64,000 bases of DNA from Desulfomonilia bacterium (lineage in GTDB: Bacteria > Desulfobacterota > Desulfomonilia > UBA1062), in NCBI GenBank assembly GCA_050014195.1, contig JBEKDT010000010.1, forward strand, positions 32,001 through 96,000, in the 5' to 3' direction. Position numbers and translations under genes: made by a program. This document shows, in pieces, positions 30,533 through 41,515 of this stretch. Numbering within the stretch: position 1 is the first letter of the stretch; every line of letters begins with the position of its first letter. The notes below the pieces were generated by a model. It was not told the origin of the DNA, made no database searches, and saw only the letters and a program-made list of their open reading frames with translations.

Positions 30533-31165
30533 TCATTCATTGTCAGCGGATGCTTCGCGATTTTTAATCATCGATTTCTTTCTGTACGAGCGAATATAGA
30601 CGATAAATACGACTGCCATGCACGCGAGAACAACAAGGAATGCTGCACGTGAATATTGCTTTACGAGCTCCAAGTTGTTGCCGACAAAATAACCTATGTA
30701 GGCAAGAATGGTCGTCCATAAGCACGCCCCGAGCATGGTATATATACAGAATCTTGACAGATTCATATGAGAGAGACCGGCAGGAAACGAGATAAAATGA
30801 CGGATTCCGGGGATGAGTCTGCCAGTGAAGGTGCTGATCTCCCCATGGGTGTTAAAAAATAAATTGATTTTATCAAATCGGTGTTGAGGGAGCAGTATAT
30901 ATTTCCCGTATTTACAAAGGAGGGGTCTTCCAAGAAGTATGGCAAGCATATAATTAAAGAGTGCACCAAGCAGGCTTCCAACGACCCCGCAGATGATAAC
31001 GATCCATATGTTCATTTCACCCTTGGCGACGAGATATCCTGCAGGGGGTATCACAACTTCACTCGGGATCGGGAAAAATGTGCTCTCGAGAAACATGAGA
31101 ACAATGATACCTTTGTACCCCAGCTGACCAATAGTATAAACAAGCCATTGAATGATTGCTTCCAT
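30533..31165 (-). CDS. DedA family membrane protein
   Basis: MFLESTFFPIPSEVVIPPAG and GRLIPGIRHFISFPAG. Confidence 0.94.
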   Translation of the reverse strand: MEAIIQWLVYTIGQLGYKGIIVLMFLESTFFPIPSEVVIPPAGYLVAKGEMNIWIVIICGVVGSLLGALFNYMLAILLGRPLLCKYGKYILLPQHRFDKINLFFNTHGEISTFTGRLIPGIRHFISFPAGLSHMNLSRFCIYTMLGACLWTTILAYIGYFVGNNLELVKQYSRAAFLVVLACMAVVFIVYIRSYRKKSMIKNREASADNE

Positions 31166-31266
31166 CTATTCATCATATAGCACCTCTGATCCCATTGCAA
31201 TAATTCCATTCCGGAGATACAAAGGCCTCGGTCGTATGCTGTAATGCATATGCGAAGGAGTTATTT

Positions 31267-32559
31267 TTGGATACCGAATGTTTTCATTTGCACATCGATT
31301 CCATGGCTTACGGGGGCAAGGGGGTGGGAAGGAGAGGAGATGGCAAAGTAGTTTTCATCCCCGAGGTCATACCTGGAGAGACGGTGGCTGCATACGTCGT
31401 GAAAGAGCATACCAGCTATGTTGAGGCTGATGTGAAAGAACTATTTGAAGCATCTCAGTTCAGGGTAACGGCACCTTGCCCTTATTTCACAATCTGTGGC
31501 GGATGTGACTGGCAGCATATCATGTATCCCGAACAGATAGCGATCAAACAGGAAATATTGAAGTCGCAGATACAAGTAAAAAACCCCAGGGCCGAACTGT
31601 GCTTTGAGGAGCCGGTGATCTCTTCAAGAGAATACGGATATCGATGCCATGCCGTTATGCAGTGTACAAATGAACATGGATTTGAAGTAGGGTTCTTCAG
31701 AAAGCAATCTAATGCTGTTGTGCCTATTAAGAGGTGTCTTATCCTGAATGAGCGTTGCCAGACCGTGTTGGACCAGATGAGTGAGATTTTGAGAACCCAT
31801 CCAATATCCGATCTCTGTTCACTTGAGATACATGCACCTCAGGATGAGGTGTTGGTACAGGTTATTATGAAAGGCAGACCACTAAAAAGCGATGTGGATA
31901 TCCTCCGGTGTGTGTATCAGGATGTTGCCTTGAGCGGCCTGTCATATTTCCCAAAGAATGGTCAAGGGAGCAGGCGAATCTTTGGACAACGGTTCTGTTC
32001 CTATGAGATAGCTGTATATAATAGGAAGTTCTCACTGGCAAGCAGCTTCGGAGGGTTCATCCAGGCAAATATAGAAGTGAATCAGGATCTTGTGGCATAT
32101 GTCCTTGATTGTGCAAAAGGTTCCCATAGGCTGCTTGACTTGTATAGTGGGTCCGGTAACTTCGGCATTCCCCTGTCGTCTCATGCTGATGAGGTTCTCG
32201 CAGTAGAACAAGATCCTGACCTGGTAAAGGCAGGAGCTGCTATTGTCCGGAAGAACGGATGTAGAAACATACGATTTTTAAATGAAGAGGCTGCGATAAC
32301 CTTAAGATGGCTTGAACAGGAAGGAGTTACATTTGATGTCGTTGTCCTTGATCCTCCCAGAGAAGGGGCATGGGATGTCGTCCAGGTACTGTCAAAGATG
32401 AAAATAGGTCGGATTGTGTATATATCCTGCAATCCATCAACATTAGCGAGGGATATTGCTGTCCTGATTCAAGAGGGATTCAGATTAAAGTCTATACGTT
32501 TTTTTGATATGTTCCCCCAGACCTATCATATCGAATCGGTTTCAGTCCTTGAACGGTGA
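31267..32559 (+). CDS. rlmD: 23S rRNA m5U methyltransferase (RlmD/TrmA family) with TRAM domain
   Basis: CPYFTICGGCDWQH, FIQAN, LDLYSGSGNF, DPPR, YISCNPSTLARD and DMFPQTYHIE. Confidence 0.92.
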   Translation: MDTECFHLHIDSMAYGGKGVGRRGDGKVVFIPEVIPGETVAAYVVKEHTSYVEADVKELFEASQFRVTAPCPYFTICGGCDWQHIMYPEQIAIKQEILKSQIQVKNPRAELCFEEPVISSREYGYRCHAVMQCTNEHGFEVGFFRKQSNAVVPIKRCLILNERCQTVLDQMSEILRTHPISDLCSLEIHAPQDEVLVQVIMKGRPLKSDVDILRCVYQDVALSGLSYFPKNGQGSRRIFGQRFCSYEIAVYNRKFSLASSFGGFIQANIEVNQDLVAYVLDCAKGSHRLLDLYSGSGNFGIPLSSHADEVLAVEQDPDLVKAGAAIVRKNGCRNIRFLNEEAAITLRWLEQEGVTFDVVVLDPPREGAWDVVQVLSKMKIGRIVYISCNPSTLARDIAVLIQEGFRLKSIRFFDMFPQTYHIESVSVLER

Positions 32560-32638
32560 TACATTCAGGTCTCAATAGTATAAAGGCAAAATGGTTTTTT
32601 AAGCTAGACAAAGGATTACACAGGCTTGTATATGGTGC

Positions 32639-33490
32639 TTGATGATCGCAGGGGTCATATGCAAAGAGGATAACCCAGAAGCCCTTGCCCTTTCCGAGCG
32701 GGTTGTCCGCTGGATGCAGGACAAAGGATTGGCCTGCCTTATTGAAAACCACATCGCTGATTATCTTAGGGTAAATCACACCGACAATGTGTGGACGCAT
32801 TCCGAAATCCTTGTTGCCATAGGCGGTGACGGGACTTTTCTTAGGGCCATTCGTATGGCTGCCCCCAGGGAGATACCTGTTCTCGGCATCCATATGGGGT
32901 ACCTCGGGTTTCTTACCGAAGTTACAGAAAACGAGGTTTTCCAAGCCCTTGATGCCCTGAAAAATGGCCAGTACATCAGGGATGAGCGTACTATGTTCGA
33001 AGTTACACTCATGAGGGCTGATGAAACAATCGCATCACAGCATGTACTTAACGATGTTGTCATCAACAAGGGTGCCCTGGCGCGCATCATCGATATTGAG
33101 GTATGGACCGACTCTACTTTCATCACCTGTTATCGGGCCGATGGTCTCATTATATCCACTCCTACCGGATCAACCGCATACGGCCTTGCCGCGGGTGGGC
33201 CCATTGTGCATCCCCAGGTAAGCGCCATCATTCTTAATCCCATATGCCCGCATGTGCTCTCCAATAGGAGCCTGGTGCTCCCTGATTTCCAGGAGGTGAT
33301 TATTGTAGTGAAGTCCGGCAAGGCCTCGGACAATATTTATCTCACACTCGACGGACAGAAAGGACACCCGCTCCAGGCAGGAGACCGTCTTCTTGTCAAG
33401 CGGGGTTCCAGGAAGGCTGTCATGTTGAGATTCCCGCAGAGTAATTATTTCGAGATTTTAAGAAACAAGCTTAAGTGGCAAGAGAGATGA
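32639..33490 (+). CDS. nadK: NAD+ kinase
   Basis: GGDGT, LGFL, LND, DGLIISTPTGSTAY and GGP. Confidence 0.96.
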   Translation: MMIAGVICKEDNPEALALSERVVRWMQDKGLACLIENHIADYLRVNHTDNVWTHSEILVAIGGDGTFLRAIRMAAPREIPVLGIHMGYLGFLTEVTENEVFQALDALKNGQYIRDERTMFEVTLMRADETIASQHVLNDVVINKGALARIIDIEVWTDSTFITCYRADGLIISTPTGSTAYGLAAGGPIVHPQVSAIILNPICPHVLSNRSLVLPDFQEVIIVVKSGKASDNIYLTLDGQKGHPLQAGDRLLVKRGSRKAVMLRFPQSNYFEILRNKLKWQER

Positions 33491-35148
33491 TTGATTTTTT
33501 AAAAATCTCTTCCATGGCTATCTTTGATGAGATCGAAATAGATTTCACCCCGGGGCTCAATTGCATCACCGGCGAGACAGGGGCGGGAAAGTCCCTCATC
33601 CTGGATGCACTCACCCTGCTTATGGGCGCCAGGGCAGGGCGTGAACTGATCCGGCCCGGAAGCGAAAATACCATCATCGAGGCACTGTTTACTGTTGGCG
33701 GCAGGGAGATGGTCTTGCGAAGAGAGATTTATCCGACAGGAAGCAGCCGGTGTTACATCGATGGGAAGTTGACAACTGCTGCCGTGCTTGCTGAAGAGTC
33801 TTCCGGGCTTATTCATATCTATGGCCAACATGAATATCAGGACCTGTTGAACCCAAGGCAGCACATGAGGATACTGGAGGATTATGCAGGGATTAACAGG
33901 GATAAGGTTGAGGCAGCATATAAGGAATATGCCGAAGCAACTCAGATGTACGAAGAGCTCGAAAATCTGCTTGATTCCTTTGTGCAGGAACAGGATTACC
34001 TGAAACATTGTATCAAGGAATTGACTGCAGCCCGCATCGAAGAAGGCCTGGAAGAGAGGCTTGCCCAGGAACTCCAGACTGCGCAAAAGGCCTCTGAACT
34101 CAAGCAAACCGCCTTGGCCGCCCAGGAGATCATCTATACGGGTACCCCCTCAATCACTGACCTTACTGCAGAAGCACGTCATCAAATAAACCGTATTGTG
34201 ACCAATGACCCATCCATGGAGAGGCTGGTGCATTCCATGGACGAGATTATGGCTCAGCTTGAGGACATGCATGTGGAGCTCAGGAGCAGGATAGATGCCT
34301 ATGAACATGACCCACAGCGCATTGAAGACCTCGAAGAACAGCTCAACACCTTGCGTGAGCTTAAGAGGAAGCACCGCGCTGATGAGGGAGGTCTTTTAAG
34401 GTTAGCAAGTGAGATGCAACAGAAGCTCTCCATGCTAGATGAGTCAGGGAACAGTACCTCTGCAGCAAAAATAAAGGTAGAGGAAGCTCTCCAGAAATAC
34501 AATGACACGACAAAATCTTTCCTGGAAAAACGTTGGCGTGCGTCGAACAATCTGAGCAAAAAGATCAACATTAACCTTAAAGACCTCGGTATGCCGGGCA
34601 CTGATTTCAGAGTCAAGCAACTGAAGCTCGATGAAATACATAAGATTTTCCTTGAGCAGGAAGGCAGAGCGGTTTCACCCAATATCCTCCTTAAGGGAGA
34701 GTTCCTTATCTCTACGAATGTCGGCCAAAATATATTACCACTTGCCAAGATTGCATCCGGAGGAGAACTGAGCCGCATTATGCTTGCAATAAAGGCCCAA
34801 CAAAAGTCATCATCTGAGGCCACCATGATCTTTGATGAGATAGATGCAGGCATCAGCGGGCAGACTGCCATTGCCATCGCTCGCAAGCTCAAAGAGATTT
34901 CCGGGCATGCCCAAGCAATCGTGGTTACACACCTTCACCATGTCGCATCAGTGGCGGATTCGCATTTCGTGATCACCAAGACAGTAGAGGGCAGGACCAC
35001 ATCATCTACCCTCCAACGTGTGAGAAGCTCTGACAGGGTCATGGAACTCGCCCGCATGATGGGTGGCGACTCGCCGAGCTCAAGTGTGATAGAGCATGCC
35101 AAGGAGCTTGTCAGGTCGCACGAGGGACGATCGGCCTTGGAACATTAA
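33487..35148 (+). CDS. recN: DNA repair protein RecN
   Basis: TGETGAGKS, GQHE, ASGGELSR, IFDEIDAGISG and ELARM; follows nadK as usual. Confidence 0.95.
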   Translation: MIDFLKISSMAIFDEIEIDFTPGLNCITGETGAGKSLILDALTLLMGARAGRELIRPGSENTIIEALFTVGGREMVLRREIYPTGSSRCYIDGKLTTAAVLAEESSGLIHIYGQHEYQDLLNPRQHMRILEDYAGINRDKVEAAYKEYAEATQMYEELENLLDSFVQEQDYLKHCIKELTAARIEEGLEERLAQELQTAQKASELKQTALAAQEIIYTGTPSITDLTAEARHQINRIVTNDPSMERLVHSMDEIMAQLEDMHVELRSRIDAYEHDPQRIEDLEEQLNTLRELKRKHRADEGGLLRLASEMQQKLSMLDESGNSTSAAKIKVEEALQKYNDTTKSFLEKRWRASNNLSKKININLKDLGMPGTDFRVKQLKLDEIHKIFLEQEGRAVSPNILLKGEFLISTNVGQNILPLAKIASGGELSRIMLAIKAQQKSSSEATMIFDEIDAGISGQTAIAIARKLKEISGHAQAIVVTHLHHVASVADSHFVITKTVEGRTTSSTLQRVRSSDRVMELARMMGGDSPSSSVIEHAKELVRSHEGRSALEH

Positions 35149-35218
35149 AAAGGCTATTTATATTTGACTTTTCAGGTCCCTGGTGTTCTATGTAGGAAAA
35201 TTTATGGGATATTTTAGT

Positions 35219-35677
35219 ATGATACGAAAACCATCCATAGCCGAGGCAACCGAGATAAAAAGTCTCATTGAACCGTTCGTGAAGGAAGGCCTTATCCTCC
35301 CCAGATCGCTCCACTCCGTTTATACTACGATTAGAGATTTTTGGGTAAATACCGTAGAGGAGGAACCCTCAATTATCAATGGTTGCTGCGCACTTCACAT
35401 TTCATGGGCTGATCTTGCTGAAATACGAACCCTTGCGGTAAGGAGAGAATATCAAGGCAGAGGTGATGGTGTCGCCCTGGTGGAGGCCTGTCTCAAGGAA
35501 GCCAGGGACCTTGGGCTGAAGAAGGTGTTCACACTCACCTATGTGCCTGATTTCTTCAAAAAGAACGGATTTTACGAGGTAGACAAGGCAAAACTTCCAA
35601 ACAAGATCTGGGCCGACTGCATTCACTGCCAGTACTTCCCGGACTGCAGAGAGATTGCACTCATTTACGAACTTTAG
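35219..35677 (+). CDS. Short N-acetylglutamate synthase-like GNAT (ArgA, GNAT-only form)
   Basis: ILPRS, GCCALHISWADLAEIRTLAV, VFTLTY and LPNKIWADCIHC. Confidence 0.85.
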   Translation: MIRKPSIAEATEIKSLIEPFVKEGLILPRSLHSVYTTIRDFWVNTVEEEPSIINGCCALHISWADLAEIRTLAVRREYQGRGDGVALVEACLKEARDLGLKKVFTLTYVPDFFKKNGFYEVDKAKLPNKIWADCIHCQYFPDCREIALIYEL

Positions 35678-35685
35678 AGGTAAGC

Positions 35686-37011
35686 GTGAAACTAGCCGAG
35701 ACCATGGAAAGGGCAGCCGCCCTTCTCAAACATGAATCAATCAATGACTTTGAGATATTCGGTATCTTTTCTGATGCCATCCGGGCAGAATCGAAACATG
35801 GAGAAGTGGATTTTCTCAACCGTTCGTCCGAGAGCGGCATAAGTATCCGGGTGCTCATAGACAATGCTATCGGGTTCTCCTATGGTAAGGATGCAAATGA
35901 TTCCCTGATCGAGGCAGCCATCACCTCAGCCAGATATCAGTTCAAAGACGGGCATAACCGATTTCCCAGCCCTCGTGGCGGATATCCGAGTGCGGATTCA
36001 TTTGATCATGATATTGCCTCTCTGAGCCCGGAAGGGTGTATACAGAGGGCTATACATCTCGAGCAGTCCGCTCGGGATGCAGACCCGCGAGTGGAGAATG
36101 TCAGGAAGGCCTCATTTTCCAGATCATCCTCTGAGATCCGGATTATCAATTCCTACGGAATACAATCATCTTTTTTTGTAACTTCGATTGCAGCCTCCCT
36201 CATGGTCACGGTAAGACAGGACAGTGATGTGCAATCAGGCTATGATTTTGATTTCAGCCATTTTCTTGAAGGGTTCGATGTCGAGAGGGTGGGTAAGGCC
36301 GCTGTATTGCGAGCATCCGAGATACTAGGGGCGCGTCAGCTCAAGACTACAAAGATACCTGTGCTATTCGACAGAACAAGCACTGCAGAGATGATTGAAT
36401 TCATATCCGATGCATTTCTTGGAGAAAACGTGATCAAGGGCAAGTCAGCCCTCAAGGATAAGCTAGGAAAGAAATGCTTCTCCGATTGTATCAACATCTT
36501 TGACAATCCTTTGGACTCTCGAGCGGCAGACTCATGCCCCTTTGATGGAGAAGGGGTCACCTCCCTAAATACCGCTCTGGTAAAGGCAGGGACTGTTGTA
36601 GCATTTCTCTATGACACTTACTGGGCCTCTCTTGCCGGTACTCAATCCACGGGAAGCTCGGTACGCGGCGGGTACCGGTCATGGCCATCTCTCGGTATCC
36701 GGCACCTCTGTCTGGAGCCTTCCCCCGCGCCGATTTCCACATACCTTGCGGATCTGCCCCTGGTGCTGAAAGTAACCGATATCATGGGCATGCACACAGC
36801 AAATCCAGTCACCGGAGAACTGTCCGTCGGCATCAACGGGGTCCTGCTGGAAAAAGGGAGTCCGGTCTATCCCGTGCGTGAAGCAGCGTTATCGGGTAAT
36901 ATCTATGAAATGTTCTCCAGAGTATTGGCAGTAGGGGACGATCCAAGGAGTTTTGGGCATGTGCTCTGCCCATCAATACTTGTGGATGCACTTGACATAA
37001 GTTCCCAGTGA
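35686..37011 (+). CDS. TldD/PmbA family protein (PmbA/TldE-like)
   Basis: PFDGEG, STG, GMHTANPVTGELSVG and SGN; no HExxxH motif. Confidence 0.88.
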   Translation: MKLAETMERAAALLKHESINDFEIFGIFSDAIRAESKHGEVDFLNRSSESGISIRVLIDNAIGFSYGKDANDSLIEAAITSARYQFKDGHNRFPSPRGGYPSADSFDHDIASLSPEGCIQRAIHLEQSARDADPRVENVRKASFSRSSSEIRIINSYGIQSSFFVTSIAASLMVTVRQDSDVQSGYDFDFSHFLEGFDVERVGKAAVLRASEILGARQLKTTKIPVLFDRTSTAEMIEFISDAFLGENVIKGKSALKDKLGKKCFSDCINIFDNPLDSRAADSCPFDGEGVTSLNTALVKAGTVVAFLYDTYWASLAGTQSTGSSVRGGYRSWPSLGIRHLCLEPSPAPISTYLADLPLVLKVTDIMGMHTANPVTGELSVGINGVLLEKGSPVYPVREAALSGNIYEMFSRVLAVGDDPRSFGHVLCPSILVDALDISSQ

Positions 37012-37121
37012 GTTGCTGGTATACCACTAGGAAAAAGATATCTGTTGAAATGAAACACCTGCTATTCTATGTATCAAGCCTGAATAAGAATTCTATTAAG
37101 TAGTCACAGGGACCGATTAAC

Positions 37122-39752
37122 ATGTTAGAATGGCTTATTAAGATATTCGGCAGTAAAAATGAGCGCGAGCTTAAGCAGTTAACCCCCCTTATAAATAAAA
37201 TAAACTCCCTTGAAGATGGGATGCATGCCAAGAGTGATTCCGAACTCAAGGCCATGACCCCGTATCTAAAAGAGAAGCTCAATGCCGGTGCGAGCCTCGA
37301 TGATATCCTCCCGGAAGCCTTTGCCGCTGTGCGTGAGGCATCCATCAGGACTCTCAATATGAGACCCTTTGATGTTCAGCTCCTTGGCGGCATTGTACTC
37401 CACGAAGGTAAGATATCGGAGATGAAAACCGGTGAGGGAAAGACCCTCGTGGCTACCATGCCCGTGTATCTGAATGCCCTTGCCGGAAGAGGGGCGCATG
37501 TGGTCACGGTGAATGACTACCTTGCCCGCAGGGACGCTGAGTGGATGGGGGCTATCTATCGCTTTATGGGGATGGAGGTGGGTGTTATAGTCCACGGGCT
37601 GGATGATTCTCAGCGCAAGAAGGGCTATAATGCCGACATCACCTATGGGACAAATAATGAGTTTGGTTTCGACTACCTGCGCGATAACATGAAATTCGCT
37701 TTCGATGACTACGTACAAAGAGATTTCTTCTTTGCAATTGTGGACGAGGTGGACTCCATTCTCATCGATGAGGCGAGAACCCCGCTCATCATCTCAGGTC
37801 CTGCCGAAGAGTCAACATCGAAATACTACGATGCGAATAATGCTATCATCGATCTTATCAGACAAAAGAACGCAGATGAGCTCTATGTCAAGGATGAGAA
37901 AGTCAACAGTATAATCCTTACGGAAGAAGGCATAGAGTTTATACAGAAACGTCTGGGCAAAGCTAATCTCTATGATCCTGGTGAATTCGAGACGGTCCAT
38001 CACCTCAACCAGGCATTAAAGGCACATCTGCTTTTCTCAAGGGATGTGCACTATGTGGTCAAAGACGGCGAAGTGGTCATCGTGGATGAGTTCACCGGAA
38101 GGCTCATGCCGGGCAGGCGCTATTCAGAAGGTCTCCACCAGGCCCTTGAGGCAAAAGAGGGGGTGAAGGTTGCCAATGAGAATCAGACACTTGCCTCCAT
38201 CACCTTCCAGAACTATTTCCGCATGTATGAAAAGCTCGCCGGTATGACAGGCACCGCAGAAACCGAGGCATTAGAATTCAAAAACATCTATGGGCTGGAC
38301 GTCATGGTGATCCCCACAAATATGGACATGATCAGGAAAGATAACTCTGATGTGATCTATAAGACGGAAAAAGAAAAGTACAATGCCGTCATAAGACAAA
38401 TAGCCGAGTGTTATGAAAAGGGTCAACCCGTGTTGGTGGGTACCAGTTCCATTGAGAACTCTGAAAAAGTTTCCAACCTGCTCAAGCGCAAAGGCGTGCC
38501 CCACAATGTCTTGAATGCCAAACAACACGATCGGGAGGCTGAGATCATTGCTCAGGCCGGCAGGAAGGGCGGTGTTACCATAGCTACCAACATGGCGGGT
38601 AGGGGTACCGATATAAAACTCGGAGGCAATCCTGAATACTTAGCAAGACAGCGTCTCAACCCGGACGATGAGGGCTATGGCGATATCTTCAATAAGTTCT
38701 CTGCCCAATGTGAAAAGGAACACCAGGAAGTGGTTGCCCAGGGCGGCCTTTTTATATTGGGAACTGAGAGGCATGAGAGCAGGCGTATTGACAACCAGCT
38801 CAGAGGAAGGTCGGGAAGGCAAGGAGACCCTGGTGAATCGCGGTTTTATCTCAGCCTGGAAGATAACCTCATGCGTATTTTCGGGTCCGAGCGTATTGGT
38901 GTAATCATGGACAAGCTTGGAGTCAAGGACGATGAGCCGATAGAGCATAACCTTATCTCCAAGAGCATAGAGAGCGCCCAGAAAAAGGTTGAGGGCAGAA
39001 ATTTTGAGATCCGCAAGCATCTCCTCGAATATGATGACGTAATGAACAAGCAAAGAGAGGTCGTATACTCACAGCGTCGCAGGATCCTTTCGGAAGAGAA
39101 TCTGAAAGGTCTTGTTGAGGAAATGATTGATGAGGTGTTGGAAGAGGGCATTGAGATCTTCATACCCAGGAAGGGATCGTCAGAACATTGGGACATGGAG
39201 GGGTTAAATAACTGGGTGAAGAACATCTTTGACCTAACACCCAATCTTGGCTCCGCAAAGGGAGTAAACAGAGACGATCTCTATAATTCCATACGAAGCC
39301 TGATTATGGATTACTATAATTTGCGTGAAAAGGAATTCACGCCTGAAGTGATGCGTATGGTGGAGCGTCATTTCCTTTTGTTGACACTTGATACACTGTG
39401 GAAAGACCACCTTTTGTCCATGGACCATCTCAAAGAAGGGATAGGATTACGCGGATATGGGCAGAAGAACCCCCTGAGGGAATACCAGAGGGAAGGTTTT
39501 GATATGTTTGTCTCCACATTATCCCGGGTAAGGGAACTTTCCCTGGAAAGAATTTTCAAAGTTCAGATCCAGCGACAGGAGGATGTGGAAAAAGTCTCTC
39601 AGCGTGAGCGCCGGCAGCGTGTTCAGATGGGCAGGGGGGTCGGCGAAAAGCCATCTACCGTGAAGAGGGGAGGCAAGAAGGTCGGAAGGAACGACCCTTG
39701 TCCCTGTGGATCAGGCAAAAAATATAAGCAATGCTGTGGTGTTGAAGCATGA
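37122..39752 (+). CDS. secA: Preprotein translocase ATPase SecA
   Basis: [49 protein letters not shown] and C-terminal [19 protein letters not shown]. Confidence 0.99.
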   Translation: MLEWLIKIFGSKNERELKQLTPLINKINSLEDGMHAKSDSELKAMTPYLKEKLNAGASLDDILPEAFAAVREASIRTLNMRPFDVQLLGGIVLHEGKISEMKTGEGKTLVATMPVYLNALAGRGAHVVTVNDYLARRDAEWMGAIYRFMGMEVGVIVHGLDDSQRKKGYNADITYGTNNEFGFDYLRDNMKFAFDDYVQRDFFFAIVDEVDSILIDEARTPLIISGPAEESTSKYYDANNAIIDLIRQKNADELYVKDEKVNSIILTEEGIEFIQKRLGKANLYDPGEFETVHHLNQALKAHLLFSRDVHYVVKDGEVVIVDEFTGRLMPGRRYSEGLHQALEAKEGVKVANENQTLASITFQNYFRMYEKLAGMTGTAETEALEFKNIYGLDVMVIPTNMDMIRKDNSDVIYKTEKEKYNAVIRQIAECYEKGQPVLVGTSSIENSEKVSNLLKRKGVPHNVLNAKQHDREAEIIAQAGRKGGVTIATNMAGRGTDIKLGGNPEYLARQRLNPDDEGYGDIFNKFSAQCEKEHQEVVAQGGLFILGTERHESRRIDNQLRGRSGRQGDPGESRFYLSLEDNLMRIFGSERIGVIMDKLGVKDDEPIEHNLISKSIESAQKKVEGRNFEIRKHLLEYDDVMNKQREVVYSQRRRILSEENLKGLVEEMIDEVLEEGIEIFIPRKGSSEHWDMEGLNNWVKNIFDLTPNLGSAKGVNRDDLYNSIRSLIMDYYNLREKEFTPEVMRMVERHFLLLTLDTLWKDHLLSMDHLKEGIGLRGYGQKNPLREYQREGFDMFVSTLSRVRELSLERIFKVQIQRQEDVEKVSQRERRQRVQMGRGVGEKPSTVKRGGKKVGRNDPCPCGSGKKYKQCCGVEA

Positions 39753-40897
39753 TCCCTAAGGGATTCACCTTCGCGGCAATAAGTGCTGGAATCAAGACGC
39801 CTGCTTTTACAGGACTCGATCTAGGGCTCATCAGCTGTTCAACCCTGGCTGTTGTTTCAGGTGTATTTACACAAAATATAGTTAAGGCGGCTCCTGTCAT
39901 CATCGGAATGGATCAGGCGAGGAGAGGGAATGCCAGGGCTGTCATCGCCAATGCAGGGAATGCAAATGCATGTACCGGCCAGCAGGGGTTGGACGATGCA
40001 CGTGCAATGATGGCAGCAGTAGCTTCTCGACTTGGGGTCATGGCTGACGAGGTGATTCCGATGTCCACCGGCACTATAGGCGTTATGATGCCAGTAGACA
40101 GGATTCTTCCCAGGATTCCTCAACTCGTGCAGGGTTTATCCTATGACGCAGATTGTTTTGCACGTTCTATTATGACGACCGATACATTCCCTAAAATTGT
40201 TTCAAAGCGGGCAGGGGAGGCCTGTGTATTGGGGTTTGCCAAAGGGGCAGGTATGATTGCACCGAATATGGCAACTACCTTGGCCGTGGTACTTACCGAT
40301 GCAATGATCGACAAGCATCAACTTGATAATATTATATATTCTGTCATAAATGAGACCTTCAACGCTATAACTATTGACGGTGATATGTCCACCAACGACA
40401 CCTTGATCGCACTGGCATCTGGTCTTGCACATGCTGATTTTGATAAGATCAGGCATGCAATTACTGAAGTGATAAAAGAACTGGCACTTATGATTGTGCG
40501 GGACGGCGAAGGCGCGACAAAATTCGTCACCATTATGGTGTCAGGGACAAACAATGATAACGATGCAAGGACCATAGCCATGACAGTAGCGAATTCTTTG
40601 CTCGTAAAGACTGCCCTTTTCGGCGCCGATCCAAACTGGGGACGTATCGTAGCAGCAGTAGGTTATTCTGGGGTTCCTGTAAGCCCGGAAAGAATATCAG
40701 TTCAAATACAGGGACTTAAAGTTGTAGATGATTGTGTACAGACCCCCGATTATACTGAAGAAGCCCTTCATCGCGCACTCGATGATAAAGAAATTACTAT
40801 TGATATTTCCGTTGGGACGGGCCCTGGTCGCTTCACAGCCTGGACTACTGATCTCTCATACCGCTATGTTGAGATCAATGCCCAGTACAGGACTTAA
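39749..40897 (+). CDS. argJ: Ornithine acetyltransferase/N-acetylglutamate synthase ArgJ
   Basis: [30 protein letters not shown]|[23 protein letters not shown] and [10 protein letters not shown]. Confidence 0.96.
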   Translation: MIPKGFTFAAISAGIKTPAFTGLDLGLISCSTLAVVSGVFTQNIVKAAPVIIGMDQARRGNARAVIANAGNANACTGQQGLDDARAMMAAVASRLGVMADEVIPMSTGTIGVMMPVDRILPRIPQLVQGLSYDADCFARSIMTTDTFPKIVSKRAGEACVLGFAKGAGMIAPNMATTLAVVLTDAMIDKHQLDNIIYSVINETFNAITIDGDMSTNDTLIALASGLAHADFDKIRHAITEVIKELALMIVRDGEGATKFVTIMVSGTNNDNDARTIAMTVANSLLVKTALFGADPNWGRIVAAVGYSGVPVSPERISVQIQGLKVVDDCVQTPDYTEEALHRALDDKEITIDISVGTGPGRFTAWTTDLSYRYVEINAQYRT

Positions 40898-40949
40898 AAT
40901 CTGATGATATAGGCCCCTGTAAACCAGTAAAAGATATGAACCTATAAAT

Positions 40950-40977
40950 AAGACCGATAATATATGTTATGTTAAAT
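40950..40977 (+). other. dif: dif chromosome-dimer resolution site (XerC/XerD target)
   Basis: AAGACCGATAA-TATATG-TTATGTTAAAT has 11-6-11 architecture. The right arm is identical to the E. coli XerD arm and the left arm ends in ATAA like XerC arms. It is intergenic, and KOPS-like octamers switch strand around it. Confidence 0.88.
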
Positions 40978-41515
40978 AAGAGATAGAGATGTTTATCAGT
41001 GCACCCGATTTGATTGACTGACTATAATTAATCGGAAATAAAATTTGGGATTCTTACTTTGCCGACCACTGATCACAAAAAATGAATTACCATTGATGAA
41101 AACTTTGAAAGCGACAAAAGGGGGTAATAGAATCCCCTTGCCTTCCCTAAAATAATGCAATGCAGGGCAAATGGTGAAGGTATCCTTATGGATTGGCTCC
41201 AGGTAATGATTCAAAAGGTATATGAAGTCTGGTCAAGTAATCTAACCGGATTTTCCAGATTATCCCTACCTATGACCAGGTTGATATCCTATATCAGTTA
41301 AATCCGGTTCTCTTCTTACCTAAAGGGTGTTTTCTGATTTTGCTTGTTAATCTCCAAGAACCTCATACCGTTACTGCCGGCTTTGTGCTAAATTATGTCA
41401 AAAAGAAATAGCGACAAGGGGTAATAGGATAAGTAAGCACCTGTACTATTTTTTATTATTAGCCCCCTTCCCCTACGGAAATGCACATATGGGAGAAGGT
41501 TTACTGATGTGATGT

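Noticed and set aside
40996-41214. 72-aa minus-strand ORF right after dif
   Set aside because: No RBS or motif; it cannot be supported as a gene or as a phage relic from sequence alone.
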